NCBI GenBank assembly: GCA_017533425.1
Contig: JAFXIE010000046.1
Coordinates: 1-45,403, forward strand
Source of the DNA: Clostridia bacterium
GTDB taxonomy: Bacteria; Bacillota; Clostridia; Oscillospirales; QAMX01
DNA: 45,403 nt
Reading direction: 5' to 3'
Made by a program: the position numbers and the translations under genes. Positions 45,122 through 45,403 of the stretch are shown here, piece by piece. Within the stretch, counting starts at the first letter, position 1. Every line of letters starts with the position of its first letter. Under the pieces are notes generated by a model that had not been told where the DNA came from, did no database searches, and worked only from the letters and a program-made list of their open reading frames with translations.

Positions 45122-45153
45122 AAAAAAAATCCCCCTTACGCAAAGGGGGATTT
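45122..45153 (-). terminator. Rho-independent terminator
   Basis: aaatcccc ctt/aagggggattt stem with a T run on the minus strand. Confidence 0.8.
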
Positions 45154-45160
45154 CGCATAC

Positions 45161-45403
45161 TTACTTTTCAAGGTAAATTGCCTGAATAGATTCAATTTCT
45201 GCCGCAGTAATTCCCAGGGAAAGCAAATAGTTTTCCACCTTTTCCTGCATGCTATCTCCCGGCAGGAGACGCAACTCCGCGATCAGTGCATTGATATCGT
45301 CATTTTTCAGCCATTCATGATAGAGGGCGGACAGACGGTATTCCGCGAGCAAATCCTCCTCACGCATCCCAAGCAGTGCACCCAGCAGATATACATATGT
45401 ACC
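45161..45403 (-). CDS. C-terminus of a probable tyrosine-protein phosphatase (truncated by window edge)
   Basis: Frame open to the edge. GTYVYLLGALLGMREEDLLAEYRLS resembles the region after the HCxxGxDRTG loop in Y_phosphatase3-type proteins. Confidence 0.55.
   Translation of the reverse strand, partial: GTYVYLLGALLGMREEDLLAEYRLSALYHEWLKNDDINALIAELRLLPGDSMQEKVENYLLSLGITAAEIESIQAIYLEK

Overview
Chromosomal window from a GC-rich (roughly 55-60% by eye) Clostridia-like, probably spore-forming Firmicute. It is mostly housekeeping and metabolic: infC-rpmI-rplT with an L20 leader, a rubredoxin missed by the ORF track, ddh, asnA, hisS-aspS, tRNA-Leu(CAA), transporters, a cobalamin riboswitch-controlled uptake pair and several carbohydrate-active enzymes (GH36, GH94, esterase). 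There is no CRISPR array, integrase or transposase. The best candidate for an undescribed system is a tightly coupled 7-gene operon at 24230-29027 (-). It encodes a transglutaminase-like lipoprotein with an intact Cys-His-Asp triad, a short PilC/GspF platform protein, four small pilin-like proteins and a single PilT-type ATPase, with no PilB or prepilin peptidase in the window. A GldA/F/G-like ABC module lies directly upstream. Other oddities are a repeat mosaic downstream of tRNA-Leu (duplicated tRNA 3' end, duplicated terminator, three hairpin repeats), an internally deleted HAD gene, and an AT-rich NUDIX gene beside a GTAG-type REP doublet. All family calls come from motif recognition, not database searches.
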